Assembly: GCA_963765765.1 (NCBI GenBank)
Contig: CAVXYC010000023.1
Coordinates: 192,001 to 256,000, forward strand
Direction: 5' to 3'
Length of the DNA stretch: 64,000 nt
Source: an uncultured Chloroflexia bacterium
Lineage (GTDB): Bacteria; Chloroflexota; UBA6077; JACCZL01
The first letter of the stretch is position 1. Every line of letters begins with the position of its first letter. The notes under the pieces are model-generated. The model was not told the DNA's origin, searched no databases, and saw only the letters and a program-made list of their open reading frames with translations. This document shows positions 28,539 through 38,435 of the stretch, piece by piece. Made by a program: the position numbers and the translations under genes.

Positions 28539-28684
28539 GGGGTTGGCGATCTCCTCATTCTCATTGTGCATCGTTTCCACTCGTGCCCGCACCGTGCTGT
28601 TTTCCCGCTCGGTGACGACAACGACGGAACCAAAACCTTGCGCTCGCCGTACACGTTGGATAGGGTGAGACTAAGTACGTGTTG

Positions 28685-29092
28685 ATGTCATCGCGATTTC
28701 GACGCCTTTGGCTGTTGACCTGCCTAACGTTGCTCGCTGGGCTTACTACAGTTGTGCCAGTGAATTGTCTCTGCGAAGCCAACCAGCATTGGGGGCAAAC
28801 GGTCCACCCGTTGTTTGAGCATCACCACGTCAATGGCCACCATCATGGCGTCGTTAATGATTCTTCTCCGCCAACGCTGGGGTTCCACGAAGGATTCTCC
28901 TTCACTGTGAGCGAGCACGGCTCGTTCATGGGCGCAGTGTTTGACGGCATGATCTCTGGCACGGCGAGCGTCTGGTTGACCCTGCAGTTGTTTCCCCTAC
29001 TTACCTTGCTTCCCATGGTGCGTCGCATGCTAGTGAGTGTCTCCGTGGCGCCTCCCGCTGGACCTCCTCGCGCCCGGCCTCTTTTCAACTAA
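28685..29092 (+). CDS. DUF2946/CutF/CruR-like leader protein
   Basis: Signal peptide, CLC + HHH/HHH cluster, C-terminal PPAGPPRA; first gene of the copper cluster. Confidence 0.6.
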   Translation: MSSRFRRLWLLTCLTLLAGLTTVVPVNCLCEANQHWGQTVHPLFEHHHVNGHHHGVVNDSSPPTLGFHEGFSFTVSEHGSFMGAVFDGMISGTASVWLTLQLFPLLTLLPMVRRMLVSVSVAPPAGPPRARPLFN

Positions 29093-29212
29093 GCGCAACT
29101 CCCAACGAAGTCTGATAGGGCAAGTGCTTAGCTTGCCTGTGTCGCGTTGCCACGGAGAACGTTAGCGTTTGCTTTGCGTGCACGCGTTGAATTGTCTTGA
29201 AAGAGGCTCGGA

Positions 29213-29680
29213 ATGAAGCTCCATCGACTATCAGCTCTCATTGGCGCCGTGAGCGGTGCCGTGATCATGGGCACATTGACCTTCTTCGTCGCTGGCGCCC
29301 GGCCGACCGAGGCGCAGATGGATATGCAGCTCGCTATTCAGAAGTCACAGGCAATGACAGTGGCATATCAGTTGGACGGGTCAGGTCTGCACGATCTCGA
29401 CGTGAAGCTCAACAACGGTGAGCTCGTCCCCGGCGCACTTGGTAAGGTCCGTAAGGCGCGTATTGCCGTGCAGTCCACGATGTGGCCGGCGGAAATGCAG
29501 GAACAGGCCAACACGCTTGTTGGTGAGATGATGGCGCTTGAGGCGGCACTACGGAATGAAGACGTTTCCGCCGGCGCGCCGCATGCCAAAGAAGTGCATG
29601 ACGTCGCGCACATCCTTGCGGACGCCGTCTACACCTGGCTCAGCACCGGCCAGGCGCCCACGGCTCCGCAGGGCCACTGA
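29213..29680 (+). CDS. Exported His/Met helical protein (paralog B)
   Basis: Signal ending TEA-Q; YQLDGSGLHDLD, AKEVHDVAH; Met-rich. Confidence 0.8.
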   Translation: MKLHRLSALIGAVSGAVIMGTLTFFVAGARPTEAQMDMQLAIQKSQAMTVAYQLDGSGLHDLDVKLNNGELVPGALGKVRKARIAVQSTMWPAEMQEQANTLVGEMMALEAALRNEDVSAGAPHAKEVHDVAHILADAVYTWLSTGQAPTAPQGH

Positions 29681-29755
29681 AGCACTCGTTTTCGGGATCA
29701 CCGTGACTTCCCGAAGGTGTCAATAACACTCGAGAGGATAACCTAGGATTTCACC

Positions 29756-30179
29756 ATGCGCATCACTACCGCGCTTCTCATGTTCGCCATTTGCATGATC
29801 GGATCCGCACCACCCGTTGCTCTTGCGCACGCGAGGCCGGTTCAGTCGGATCCAGCTCCGGACTCTATTGTCGCGGCAGTCTCGGAAGTACGCATTTGGT
29901 TCACCCAGGAGCTCACTCTTCGAGGCAACGATATTGTTGTCTCGGACGCTCTTGGAAATCGGGTCGACAACGCCGATGCCGCCGTGGACCAGACCGATCC
30001 GGATCGCAAACAAGTCGTGGCCAGTGTGCAACCACTGGTTGACGGTACGTATACCGTGACCTGGACGTCATCTTCCGCCGAAGATGGTCACCCAGCCACT
30101 GAGTCGTTCGTATTTTCGGTCGCTGCTCCCACCGAGCCGGTCGCCAGCGGCTGCCCCGGCCGCGCACGGGGGAAGTTAG
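29756..30179 (+). CDS. copC: Copper-binding protein CopC (3' end probably frameshifted)
   Basis: ALA-HARPVQSDP N-terminal His after the signal; GTYTVTW...EDGH; true end uncertain (ORF track runs to 30331). Confidence 0.85.
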
Positions 30180-30242
30180 GAGTCCGATACGAATCTCCTG
30201 CGAGCCTCGCGGCAATGCGCTCTTGCGCTTGCCGCGGCATGC

Positions 30243-32468
30243 GTGCTCGTGTGCGGCTTCGCTCCGACCCGAGATGCGTTGGCGCATGCCACGTACGTGC
30301 GCTCGGATCCAGCATCAGGTGGACAGCTTAGTGCGCCCGGTCGGATTCGTGTGATTTTCACGGAGGATCTCGATCCGTCGTTTAGCGAGCTCCAGGTAGT
30401 GGACTCCGCCCGCCGTAGGGTGGACAACCGGGATACGGCGCCGGTTCAAGGTGATTCAAAATCGTTGACCATCTCGGTGCCATCGCTTGGTGATGGGACC
30501 TATCTCGTGACGTGGAAGACGCTGTCAGCAGTGGACGGCCACACCGCTCGAGGAATATTTCCCCTGGTCGTTGGCACCGGCGGGACCGGCGAGGTCGTGG
30601 AGTTCGAGGAAGCGCGCGCTAATCCGCTGGAGGTTCTCTTCCGTTCGCTCATGTTTTTCGGCACGCTGACGCTTACCGGCCTCACGGCGTTTTTCGGACT
30701 GATCATTATTCCCTCTCTGCGCGGCACGGAGTCGTCGCGAGGCGTTAACGAGATTGTCGAGTCCTGGGAGCGAAAGGTGCGTCGGCTGGCGCTCTTTGTA
30801 GCCCTATTGGCCATTGTTGGCGCGGCGGGTTGGCTGGCGCAGCAGACGTTGACCGTAGCTGAAGGCCCTTCAGCTACCGCGCTGGCAATTCGTTATTTGA
30901 CGAATAGAACAGGCCTCATCTGGCTGGGCAAGATTGCGCTCGTCATTCTCATGGCAGAGGCCTTCTGGCGTGCAGAGCGCACCTGGCTGGCTACTGGAGT
31001 GCTTGCGTTGGGGGCGGCCACGTTACTCCTCACAAGCTTGACCAGCCACTCAGCCGCGCTGCCCCGAGGCGCGGAGCTGACCGTGGCCATGGACTGGCTC
31101 CATCAGCTTGGGGCGTCGTTCTGGATCGGTGGTCTGGCAGCACTGGCGCTGTTGGTAAGTCAAACGTTCTCCGCGGGAACACCAGAGCGGGTACAGCTCC
31201 TGGGTCGCGTGGTACCGCGATTCTCCACGCTGGCCCTGACGAGCGTGGCTATCCTGGTCGTCACCGGCGTATTCAATTCAGCGGTTCAGGTGGGGAGCCC
31301 TCAAGCACTCGGTAACGTGTACGGTGGCGCACTCATCGCCAAGATGCTGGCGCTGGCACCGATGCTGGCGCTTGGTGCGTTGAACCTGTGGCTCTACCGC
31401 CCGCGCTTCGTGGAAGCACTTGGTCAGCGTGGCAAATCCGCCGTGGGGCAGATGGGCGAGCTAAGCCGCCGATTTCGTCTCGCGCTCGTTGCCGAGCTAG
31501 CGCTTGGCGCGCTCATTTTCGTCGCCACCGGCGTCCTTACCAGCGTGGAGCCGGGTAAAGACATTGCTGCGCGGCAGCCCAGAATGCTGCAGCTGAGCGG
31601 CACGGCCGATGAGCTGCCCACCACATTGACGATAGACCCCGGGCGTGTAGGCCCGAATACATTCACCGCCGTTGTCACCGAACCGTCAGGGGCCCCCGCG
31701 GCCAACGTCCAGAGAGTACAGCTCCGCTTCACGTATCTCGACCAGGACCTCGGTCAGGGAACCCGGACAATGCAGCCGGCCGGCGAAGGTCGGTATGTGG
31801 TGGACGGCAGTGATATAAGCGTGAGCGGCCGCTGGCAGGTGGAGGTGGCCGTGCGCCGTTTGAACCGCGAGGACGCCATTGCCGCTTATCGATTTGATCT
31901 TGGCGTCATCGCGAATGACGGCGGCGCTGCCATTCCGCTGCCGTCCTTCACTTCTTCCTACACGCCCGTGACTCTGGCGCTGCTCATATTAGGACTGGGA
32001 ATCGGGCTGTGGTGCCTGAAGCTTTCGGGGCTGCCCCGCAATCTTCGCCAGGGGTACGCCACAGCGAGCATGGTGGTGGCATTGACGAGCGCCCTTGTTC
32101 TGGCGCGGTCCACAAGCTTCGCGCCCGATCTACGCTCGCTTCGCAATCCCGTAGCACCCTCGAGCGCATCGCTGGCGCGCGGACAGGAGCTGTATCAAAC
32201 CGCGGGCTGCGCGGAGTGTCATGGCGTGGCTGGCGGTGGTGATGGACCTGTGGGCCGCACGTTAAATCCGCGGCCGGCGGATTTTCGCGTTCACATGGCC
32301 GCTGGTCACACCGACGGAGAGCTGTTTGATTGGGTGGCGAACGGAGTGCCAGGAACCGCCATGCCGGCGTACCGCGATTCACTCAGCGAAGAGGATCGCT
32401 GGAACTTGATCAACTACATTCGGAAGTTCGCCGAAGTAGACACGGTGGCTGAGGCTCCGTCTGGATGA
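30243..32468 (+). CDS. CopC-CopD-Ig-like-cytochrome c fusion
   Basis: ALA-HATYVRSDP...VDGH; CopD TSHSAA, DWLHQLGASFWIGGL, RFSTLAL; GRWQVEV; heme motif CAECH and axial GTAMP; start uncertain. Confidence 0.9.
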   Translation: MLVCGFAPTRDALAHATYVRSDPASGGQLSAPGRIRVIFTEDLDPSFSELQVVDSARRRVDNRDTAPVQGDSKSLTISVPSLGDGTYLVTWKTLSAVDGHTARGIFPLVVGTGGTGEVVEFEEARANPLEVLFRSLMFFGTLTLTGLTAFFGLIIIPSLRGTESSRGVNEIVESWERKVRRLALFVALLAIVGAAGWLAQQTLTVAEGPSATALAIRYLTNRTGLIWLGKIALVILMAEAFWRAERTWLATGVLALGAATLLLTSLTSHSAALPRGAELTVAMDWLHQLGASFWIGGLAALALLVSQTFSAGTPERVQLLGRVVPRFSTLALTSVAILVVTGVFNSAVQVGSPQALGNVYGGALIAKMLALAPMLALGALNLWLYRPRFVEALGQRGKSAVGQMGELSRRFRLALVAELALGALIFVATGVLTSVEPGKDIAARQPRMLQLSGTADELPTTLTIDPGRVGPNTFTAVVTEPSGAPAANVQRVQLRFTYLDQDLGQGTRTMQPAGEGRYVVDGSDISVSGRWQVEVAVRRLNREDAIAAYRFDLGVIANDGGAAIPLPSFTSSYTPVTLALLILGLGIGLWCLKLSGLPRNLRQGYATASMVVALTSALVLARSTSFAPDLRSLRNPVAPSSASLARGQELYQTAGCAECHGVAGGGDGPVGRTLNPRPADFRVHMAAGHTDGELFDWVANGVPGTAMPAYRDSLSEEDRWNLINYIRKFAEVDTVAEAPSG

Positions 32469-32511
32469 TGATCCCCAGACCGGCGCGGTCCAAAGGGCGT
32501 GAGTAGACCGC

Positions 32512-33313
32512 ATGCTCATTGACATTACCCTAGATCCAACCATCTTCACACTCGGCCCGATTGTGATTGGCTGGCATGGGATTCTTACGATGCTGGCCGT
32601 TGTGCTTGCTGTCTGGTATGGAATGTATCGGTCTGACCGAGCGGGGCTGGACATGGCCATCATCGAACGGGGGGTGACTGCGGCAATTGTCGGTGGATTC
32701 ATCGGCGCCCGTGTTTTTCACGTGCTCGATCACCTGGACTACTACTCTCAGAGCTCGCTCGAAATTGTGTATCTCTGACAAGGCGGCATGGCCGCGTACG
32801 GTGGATTCATTGGCGGGCTTCTCGCGGGCCGCATCTTTGCCCGCCGTACTGGACTACCCGTGTGGCGGCTGCTCGGCGCGGCGGCGCCCGCGCTTCTCGT
32901 CGGGCAGATCATCGGGCGGCTCGGCTGTCTCGCAAATGGGACGCGTGGGGTGCGCCGACGGATTGTGCCTGTGGAATGGTGTATTGGAACGAGCAGGCTT
33001 CGATCCCCGCAGGTCTGATTGGTATACCGACGCATCCATATCCGTTGTACGAGATGGTGGCGTTGTCGGCAGTTCTCGGAGCGCTACTCTGGCTTGCGCC
33101 GCACCTTCAATGGCGGGGGCAGCTTTTCTCCTGGTGGTTATCAGCTACGCAGGCACTCGATTCGCGTTGACGTTTGTGCGCCAGGAGCAATTGCTATTTG
33201 CCGGATTGCAGGAGGCACAGGTCGTCGCGGTCGTCACTGCCTTCATTGCGTTGGCCTACATGCCGATGCGGCGCTCCGCATCTCAGAAGACGGTAGACGC
33301 CACATCTGACTGA
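32512..33313 (+). CDS. lgt: Prolipoprotein diacylglyceryl transferase, multiple frameshifts
   Basis: IGWHG, GGFIGARVFHV, GGMAAYGG, IGRLGCLANG, THPYPLYE, RFALTFVR across 3-4 frames. Confidence 0.8.
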
Positions 33314-33485
33314 CGTGAACAGTAGTTCGGATGGCAGACCCACCGGTACAAAACGTGCCACTGGACTTAGAGCAGGATTGTCTGCAATCCGTTCTTGCGA
33401 GCTTGTTCGTTTATTTGACTAAGGGCAGTCGCATTTGAAGACAACTCGCCCCATTCGACGCTCGCAACGTTCTTCAGGAGAGCTC

Positions 33486-34274
33486 ATGTCCCCTCGGTTG
33501 GTATTTTCGTCCAGAATTCGCGCGGGACTTACCATCTCGCTCGCAGCGCTTATGCTGGCCTGCTCTGGACCAACGGCCAGTCCAACCAGCGCACCGCCTA
33601 CATCGAAGCCTAGCGCCCCTCCGGCCGCTGCCAGTCCGGCCGCGGCGGCATCGCCAGCGGTTCCGGCAGCGTCTCCTTCGGCACCCGCATCCCAGCCCGG
33701 CTGCTGTTGCGCCCGCCAGCTCATCCACAGCCGCTAACTCAATGCGTTTCGTGTTCGAGCCGGGCGGAAGTGAGATTCGCTATCGCGCCCGGGAAACGTT
33801 CGCCAACCAACCCACGCGGCGGAAGCCGTTGGGTCTACGAGACAGGTAACCGGAGCAATCGTGCTCACCAGCGATGGCGCCATCGTTCCGGATGACTCGA
33901 AGGTCGTCGTTGATCTTTCAACGCTCACCAGTGATCGCGGTAATCGCGATAACTTCATCAAGCAGAACACGCTTCAGACGGCGCAATATCCGAACGCCGA
34001 GCTCGTGCTGCGTGAAGTAACAGATCTTCTCAGGCCGCTACCAGCTACGGGTGCGGACTCGTTCCAGCTTCTCGGGGATCTCACCGTCCATGGTGTCACG
34101 CGTCCCGTTCAGTGGGACGTCAATGCCCAGTTTTCGCCGGATGGAGTCACTGGCACTGCCACGACGCGCGTCAAGATGACCGACTTTGGCATGCAAACTC
34201 CGCGGACGGCTACGATCTTGAGTGTGGAGGACGAGCTTCGGCTTGAGCTCGACTTCAACGCCAAGCGATCCTGA
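33486..34274 (+). CDS. YceI-family lipoprotein with Pro/Ala linker, frameshifted
   Basis: Lipobox LMLAC, P/A-rich linker; SDRGNRDNFIK...GDLTVHGVTRPV...TDFGM. Confidence 0.75.
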
Positions 34275-34299
34275 GCTCTTCCAGCATATCGGAGTCTTG

Positions 34300-34326
34300 A
34301 CGAGGGGCGCCCCTAGGGCGCCTCGT
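34300..34326 (+). terminator. GC hairpin after the yceI-like gene
   Basis: acgagg-ggcgccc-cta-gggcg-cctcgt imperfect stem-loop; no clear U-tract. Confidence 0.35.
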
Positions 34327-34366
34327 TGCTTGTCGCCTGGAATTGACGTGATAGGATGCGGGACCA

Positions 34367-34948
34367 ATGATAGAGCTCTCCGCTGACAATTCTCTCCCCG
34401 GTCGTGAGCTCCATGATCACCCAGGCGACCACAAGACTCTCGTGATTCGCCGCGCGCTCAATGCACCCGTTGAACGGGTGTGGAGCGCATTGACCGATCC
34501 GAAGCAAGTAAGTCGATGGTATTTGCCGCTCGAGGGTGATCTCCGTGAAGGCGGCTACTACGTGCTCGTGGGGAACGCGGTGGGGGAGATTTGGCGGTGC
34601 GATCCGCTCCGCGAGCTCACGCTATCATGGGTGTATGGCGAGTTCGAAAGTAAGCTTGGACTTCGATTCGCCCCTCATCAGTCAGGGACGATGCTCGAGC
34701 TTGTGCACGGACCCATTCCGATTGACATGATTGCGAATCCCACGCCGGAGCTCTGGGGGCTGGCCGTAAATTGGGAAATGGTGTTGTCCGGCCTGGATGA
34801 CTTTCTGGCTGGGAAAACCCCGAGCGGCCTAGCAATCGAGTGGATGCCACGGCTCTCTCACGAAGAGCGGTCCGCCAGTATGGCTCTCGCCAATGCCCTC
34901 AATGATGCCTGGGTGGCGCTCATCGGTGCTTCTCCGCGGGAGCGCTAA
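34367..34948 (+). CDS. SRPBCC/AHA1 domain protein
   Basis: IRRALNAPVERVWSALTDP...RWY..GDLREGG. Confidence 0.85.
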   Translation: MIELSADNSLPGRELHDHPGDHKTLVIRRALNAPVERVWSALTDPKQVSRWYLPLEGDLREGGYYVLVGNAVGEIWRCDPLRELTLSWVYGEFESKLGLRFAPHQSGTMLELVHGPIPIDMIANPTPELWGLAVNWEMVLSGLDDFLAGKTPSGLAIEWMPRLSHEERSASMALANALNDAWVALIGASPRER

Positions 34949-34954
34949 CGCGCG

Positions 34955-35561
34955 TTACGCTGGAATCTCGCGACGGATGGCGACCGCGAGGTACCGATCG
35001 ACACCATCATCGATCCTTTGAGCTGACCACCCGGATGCATCCAGTAGACCTCGCAGAACGGGGGCTGCCAGCGTGTCGTCATCCGAAGGCGTTCCTCCGT
35101 GTCGAGCTGCCAGAGCGACGCGTCCGATAGGGTGAAAGATGGCGAGAGTCCCGTCGCCGGAGGTGACGCGGGCGACCTCCAGCAGGCCGCTCAGCGGATC
35201 GCCCAGGTGAGGTAGTAGGCCGGCGGCGAAGACAACGTCAAATTGTGCGGCGCCGAACGGCAGACGCATGACATCCGCCACAAGGAGATGCGAGACCGAG
35301 CTACGGCCACGGCGAACGGCCCGCTGAATCATGCCCGGTGTGAGGTCGGCTCCCACCACCACACCTGCGCGCCCGACGGAACTCTTGAGAAACGGAAGGG
35401 CGCCGGCCGGTGCCGCAGCCGGCATCCAGTACACGGGCCCCAGACCGCAGGTCGAGCTCGGCAATGGCCGCCTGGAAGAGCGGATCGTCGTCCGGGAAGC
35501 GGTCTTCCCAGCCGGCAGCTCGCGACTCGAAAAATTCCTGGGTGTCGCGAACGTAGTTCAA
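34955..35561 (-). CDS. Class I SAM-dependent methyltransferase, frameshift near 35400
   Basis: RVLDAGCGTG in one frame; VVGADLTPGM...ADVMRLPF...FDVV in the other. Confidence 0.82.
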
Positions 35562-35656
35562 GTATGTCGCTCAGGCGCGAAGCGCTTTCGTGCGCGGAGC
35601 GCCGCTTTCTATGGTTCCCGTACCCGTTTGGGATGCCAAGAAAGCGGCACTTCGGT

Positions 35657-35872
35657 TTAGGTCAGGCCTTCGGTATGCGAACCGGAGACTTCCCCGATGA
35701 TCTCTTCGAAGGGGATCTCGCGAACGTCTCCGACCGGAATCTCGGGATTATCAAGCGAGTCGAGATACTTCACTCGAACGTGAATCTCATCGGGCATGAG
35801 CGACTGCACCTCGATCAGACTGCCGTCTGATAGGGTGCACTCCATGCCCGGTCGAATGAATTTGATATTCAT
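35657..35872 (-). CDS. Small acidic beta-barrel-like hypothetical protein
   Basis: 71 aa; GGAG RBS; starts 20 nt after the Rieske oxygenase stop. Confidence 0.6.
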   Translation of the reverse strand: MNIKFIRPGMECTLSDGSLIEVQSLMPDEIHVRVKYLDSLDNPEIPVGDVREIPFEEIIGEVSGSHTEGLT

Positions 35873-35892
35873 GCGTCTGCTCCGGAGTTTGC

Positions 35893-37191
35893 TCAGTCGC
35901 GCGGGTGAATCTGTCCGAAGCCGGCCAGCTCTTTCCGCACCTTCTCAGGCGTGGCGAGGCCGGCCTTGCGGGCACGCTGCTGGGCTATTGGGCTGTACTT
36001 CACGGCCTGACCCGTGGAGATCTCACCCTTCTTCCGGCCAGCGCCTCGGTGATCGTCTGGCACGGAAATAGAGACGTTGGTGGCCGGGTCGCGGAAGGTG
36101 TTCATCGGGTCGCCGCCCTGCTCCACGATCTTCATCTGATCGCGTAGCAATCGACGATAAAGAATGATCCCGCGGTCGGACTCACCGAGATGCTCGGTCC
36201 AGCGTGGGGTGATTGGGCCCTGAGACTGCCAGGCGAAATTGTCCTGGCCGGAGTTGTTGTCCATCACGTCCCAGATGGGGAGGCCGTCGCGTCCTACGCC
36301 GGGAAGCGGAACCTCGTAGAGCGGGATCTCGTTCTTGGCCTGCTCCGGCTCGCCCTCGTCTCGAGGGTGGACGTTGTACCACCAGTAGAGCGTGTGGGTA
36401 TCGTCGATCGGCACGCGGATCTGGTCCTGACGCAGCATGTTGGGGAAGCAGATGGGGTGGCCGATAGCCCAGTTGGGATGGCTCTCGTCATCGCCCTCGA
36501 GTACGCGTCGCTTTACGATGCCGTGCTCGAAGATATCGAAGCCGATTTTGGCGTGCTTCTGGACGTTTGTGCGCTCTCGCCAGAAGCTGGGATCGACGTG
36601 AGGTCGGTCCAGGCGCTCCAGCACGTAGTTGGCAAAGTACTGGTGGAGCCACTCCACGTGGACCGGATCCAGTGAGTTCTCCATGATCTGGAGCCAGTTG
36701 CAGGGGAGGATGGCCCAGCCGATATCGCGGACGCCGTCCTTCACGAAGGCTTCCCAGCGCGGCACCATGGGCTTCTTGTCGAGCGGGCCCAGCCAGGCCC
36801 AGAGCATGCCGCCCAGCTCCTCTACGGGATAGGTCAGCACTTTGATTCGATCTTTGAAGGTGGAATCTGGCGACTCCGCGGGCTGCTCGAGACAGTTGCC
36901 TTGCGGATCGAAAAGCCAGCCGTGGTAAGGACAGCGCAGACCTTCTGGCTCAGGAATGCCCCACAGCATGTTCACATTGCGGTGAGGGCAGTACTCTTGC
37001 ATGAGGCCGTAACCGCCTGAGCGATCCTTGTAGGCGATCAGATGCTCGCCCAGAATATCGACCACGCGGGTGGGGTGCTCGTCGAGCTGCGCCACTGTGG
37101 CGAACGGCGTCCAGTACCTGCGGAGCAGGTTGCCCATCGGTGTGCCCGGACCTACCTCAGTGAATCGCCGGTTCTGTTCCTTCGTAAGCAA
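35893..37191 (-). CDS. Rieske non-heme iron oxygenase alpha subunit (phthalate 4,5-dioxygenase/LigX-like)
   Basis: VGPGTPMGNLLRRYW; CPH...CPYH Rieske motif; ENSLDPVHVEWLH; QD. Confidence 0.93.
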   Translation of the reverse strand: MLTKEQNRRFTEVGPGTPMGNLLRRYWTPFATVAQLDEHPTRVVDILGEHLIAYKDRSGGYGLMQEYCPHRNVNMLWGIPEPEGLRCPYHGWLFDPQGNCLEQPAESPDSTFKDRIKVLTYPVEELGGMLWAWLGPLDKKPMVPRWEAFVKDGVRDIGWAILPCNWLQIMENSLDPVHVEWLHQYFANYVLERLDRPHVDPSFWRERTNVQKHAKIGFDIFEHGIVKRRVLEGDDESHPNWAIGHPICFPNMLRQDQIRVPIDDTHTLYWWYNVHPRDEGEPEQAKNEIPLYEVPLPGVGRDGLPIWDVMDNNSGQDNFAWQSQGPITPRWTEHLGESDRGIILYRRLLRDQMKIVEQGGDPMNTFRDPATNVSISVPDDHRGAGRKKGEISTGQAVKYSPIAQQRARKAGLATPEKVRKELAGFGQIHPRD

Positions 37192-37306
37192 GTACGTCCT
37201 CCAGATCCTGAATTCGTTCCTGCATTGTACGGCACGGGTACCGGGGGCGCTTTTGCCTGGATTCGCATGGAAGACCCGATACGAATGCTCTAAGTACAGT
37301 CCGGTT

Positions 37307-37375
37307 GGTGCTGCCGCATTTCAGCCGGCGGTGAGCCGTTCGCATCGGGCCGGGCGGGACGCCCGCGCTCCCAGG
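37307..37375. repeat. REP-like GC-rich palindromic element
   Basis: cgggcgggacgcccgcgctcccagg hairpin plus a degenerate upstream arm, in the intergenic space between divergent genes. Confidence 0.45.
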
Positions 37376-37448
37376 CATGTCGGGGTGTCCCAAGGCATGA
37401 TGTACAGTCCAATCAAATCTCCAGGCAGTCGATTCAAGGGTTGATTGT

Positions 37449-38435
37449 GTGAAGTTTGCCACTTGTTTTGCCCTTCTCACCGGGCTCTTCGTGCTTGGCT
37501 CTCTGGGCACGCCGGCGGCTGCTCAACCGGTGACTCTATCAGGCCATATCGCTCTTCCCAGGGGCGCAGATCTCCTCCTTTTGAATGCAGGCTCTGGCGA
37601 GGAGCAGATACTGACGCTGCAGGGCGACGCACTGATTTCGAGCGTGTCTTGGTCGCCTGGTCGTGAGCGGCTCGCCGTCGCTCGATCGTCGCGCCCGCCT
37701 GGTGACCTCGCTTACGGACAGGACATCGATATCGTGGACGCCTCGAGTGGCGAGATGCTGAGCTCGGTGAAGCGAGACAAGTCAGGCATCATTCTCGACA
37801 TACCTGTGTGGACCCCGGACGGGCAGTGGCTCTATTTCGACCGCCAGGAGACCGTCCGTTTCGGCGTCGAAAACCGGATCGAGCGCGCGCACCGCGATGG
37901 CTCGGCCCGTTCCACGGTCATTGACAACGCGCGATCACCCTCCCTTTCTCCTGACGGCAGCCGACTGGCTTTCATTCGTGCTGATCGAGGTGAGGTGCTC
38001 TATGTGGGCGGCGTGGATGGGCAGGGCGTTCAGCCGCTCGTTCCCGCGGGGAAGTTTCTCCTGATTACGTATCCCCGGTTCTCGCCTGATGGCGAATGGA
38101 TCGTATTCGCCACCGTCACCGATCCGACGCGAGATGTCTCGCCTCAGCCCACGCGCCAGCCTGGAATCTCGAGTGCGCTTGGCGCCATTCAGTCCACGCT
38201 ATTTGCTCCGCGTCGGCATGGCATACCGTGGGATATCTGGCTTGTGCGACCAGACGGTCGCGATCTCCACGTCGTTCGTCTAGCGGAGGACGACCCATCG
38301 CTTGCCTGGTCCCCCGACGGTTCGGGCGTTGCCGTATATGGTGGTCGAGGCCTTGGTATCCTGGACGAATCTGGACAGGTCCAGCCGATCAAGGACGAGA
38401 TCATGGGCTACGGCGGCATCGACTGGGCGCGTTAG
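37449..38435 (+). CDS. Exported TolB-like (PD40) beta-propeller
   Basis: Signal AAA-Q; repeats WSPG, WTPDG, LSPDG, FSPDG, WSPDG. Confidence 0.88.
   Translation: MKFATCFALLTGLFVLGSLGTPAAAQPVTLSGHIALPRGADLLLLNAGSGEEQILTLQGDALISSVSWSPGRERLAVARSSRPPGDLAYGQDIDIVDASSGEMLSSVKRDKSGIILDIPVWTPDGQWLYFDRQETVRFGVENRIERAHRDGSARSTVIDNARSPSLSPDGSRLAFIRADRGEVLYVGGVDGQGVQPLVPAGKFLLITYPRFSPDGEWIVFATVTDPTRDVSPQPTRQPGISSALGAIQSTLFAPRRHGIPWDIWLVRPDGRDLHVVRLAEDDPSLAWSPDGSGVAVYGGRGLGILDESGQVQPIKDEIMGYGGIDWAR

Noticed and set aside
27690-28685. 331-aa + strand ORF
   Set aside because: Antisense shadow of xth.
33575-33720. Low-complexity GC repeats
   Set aside because: Encodes an ordinary Pro/Ala/Ser lipoprotein linker, not an array.
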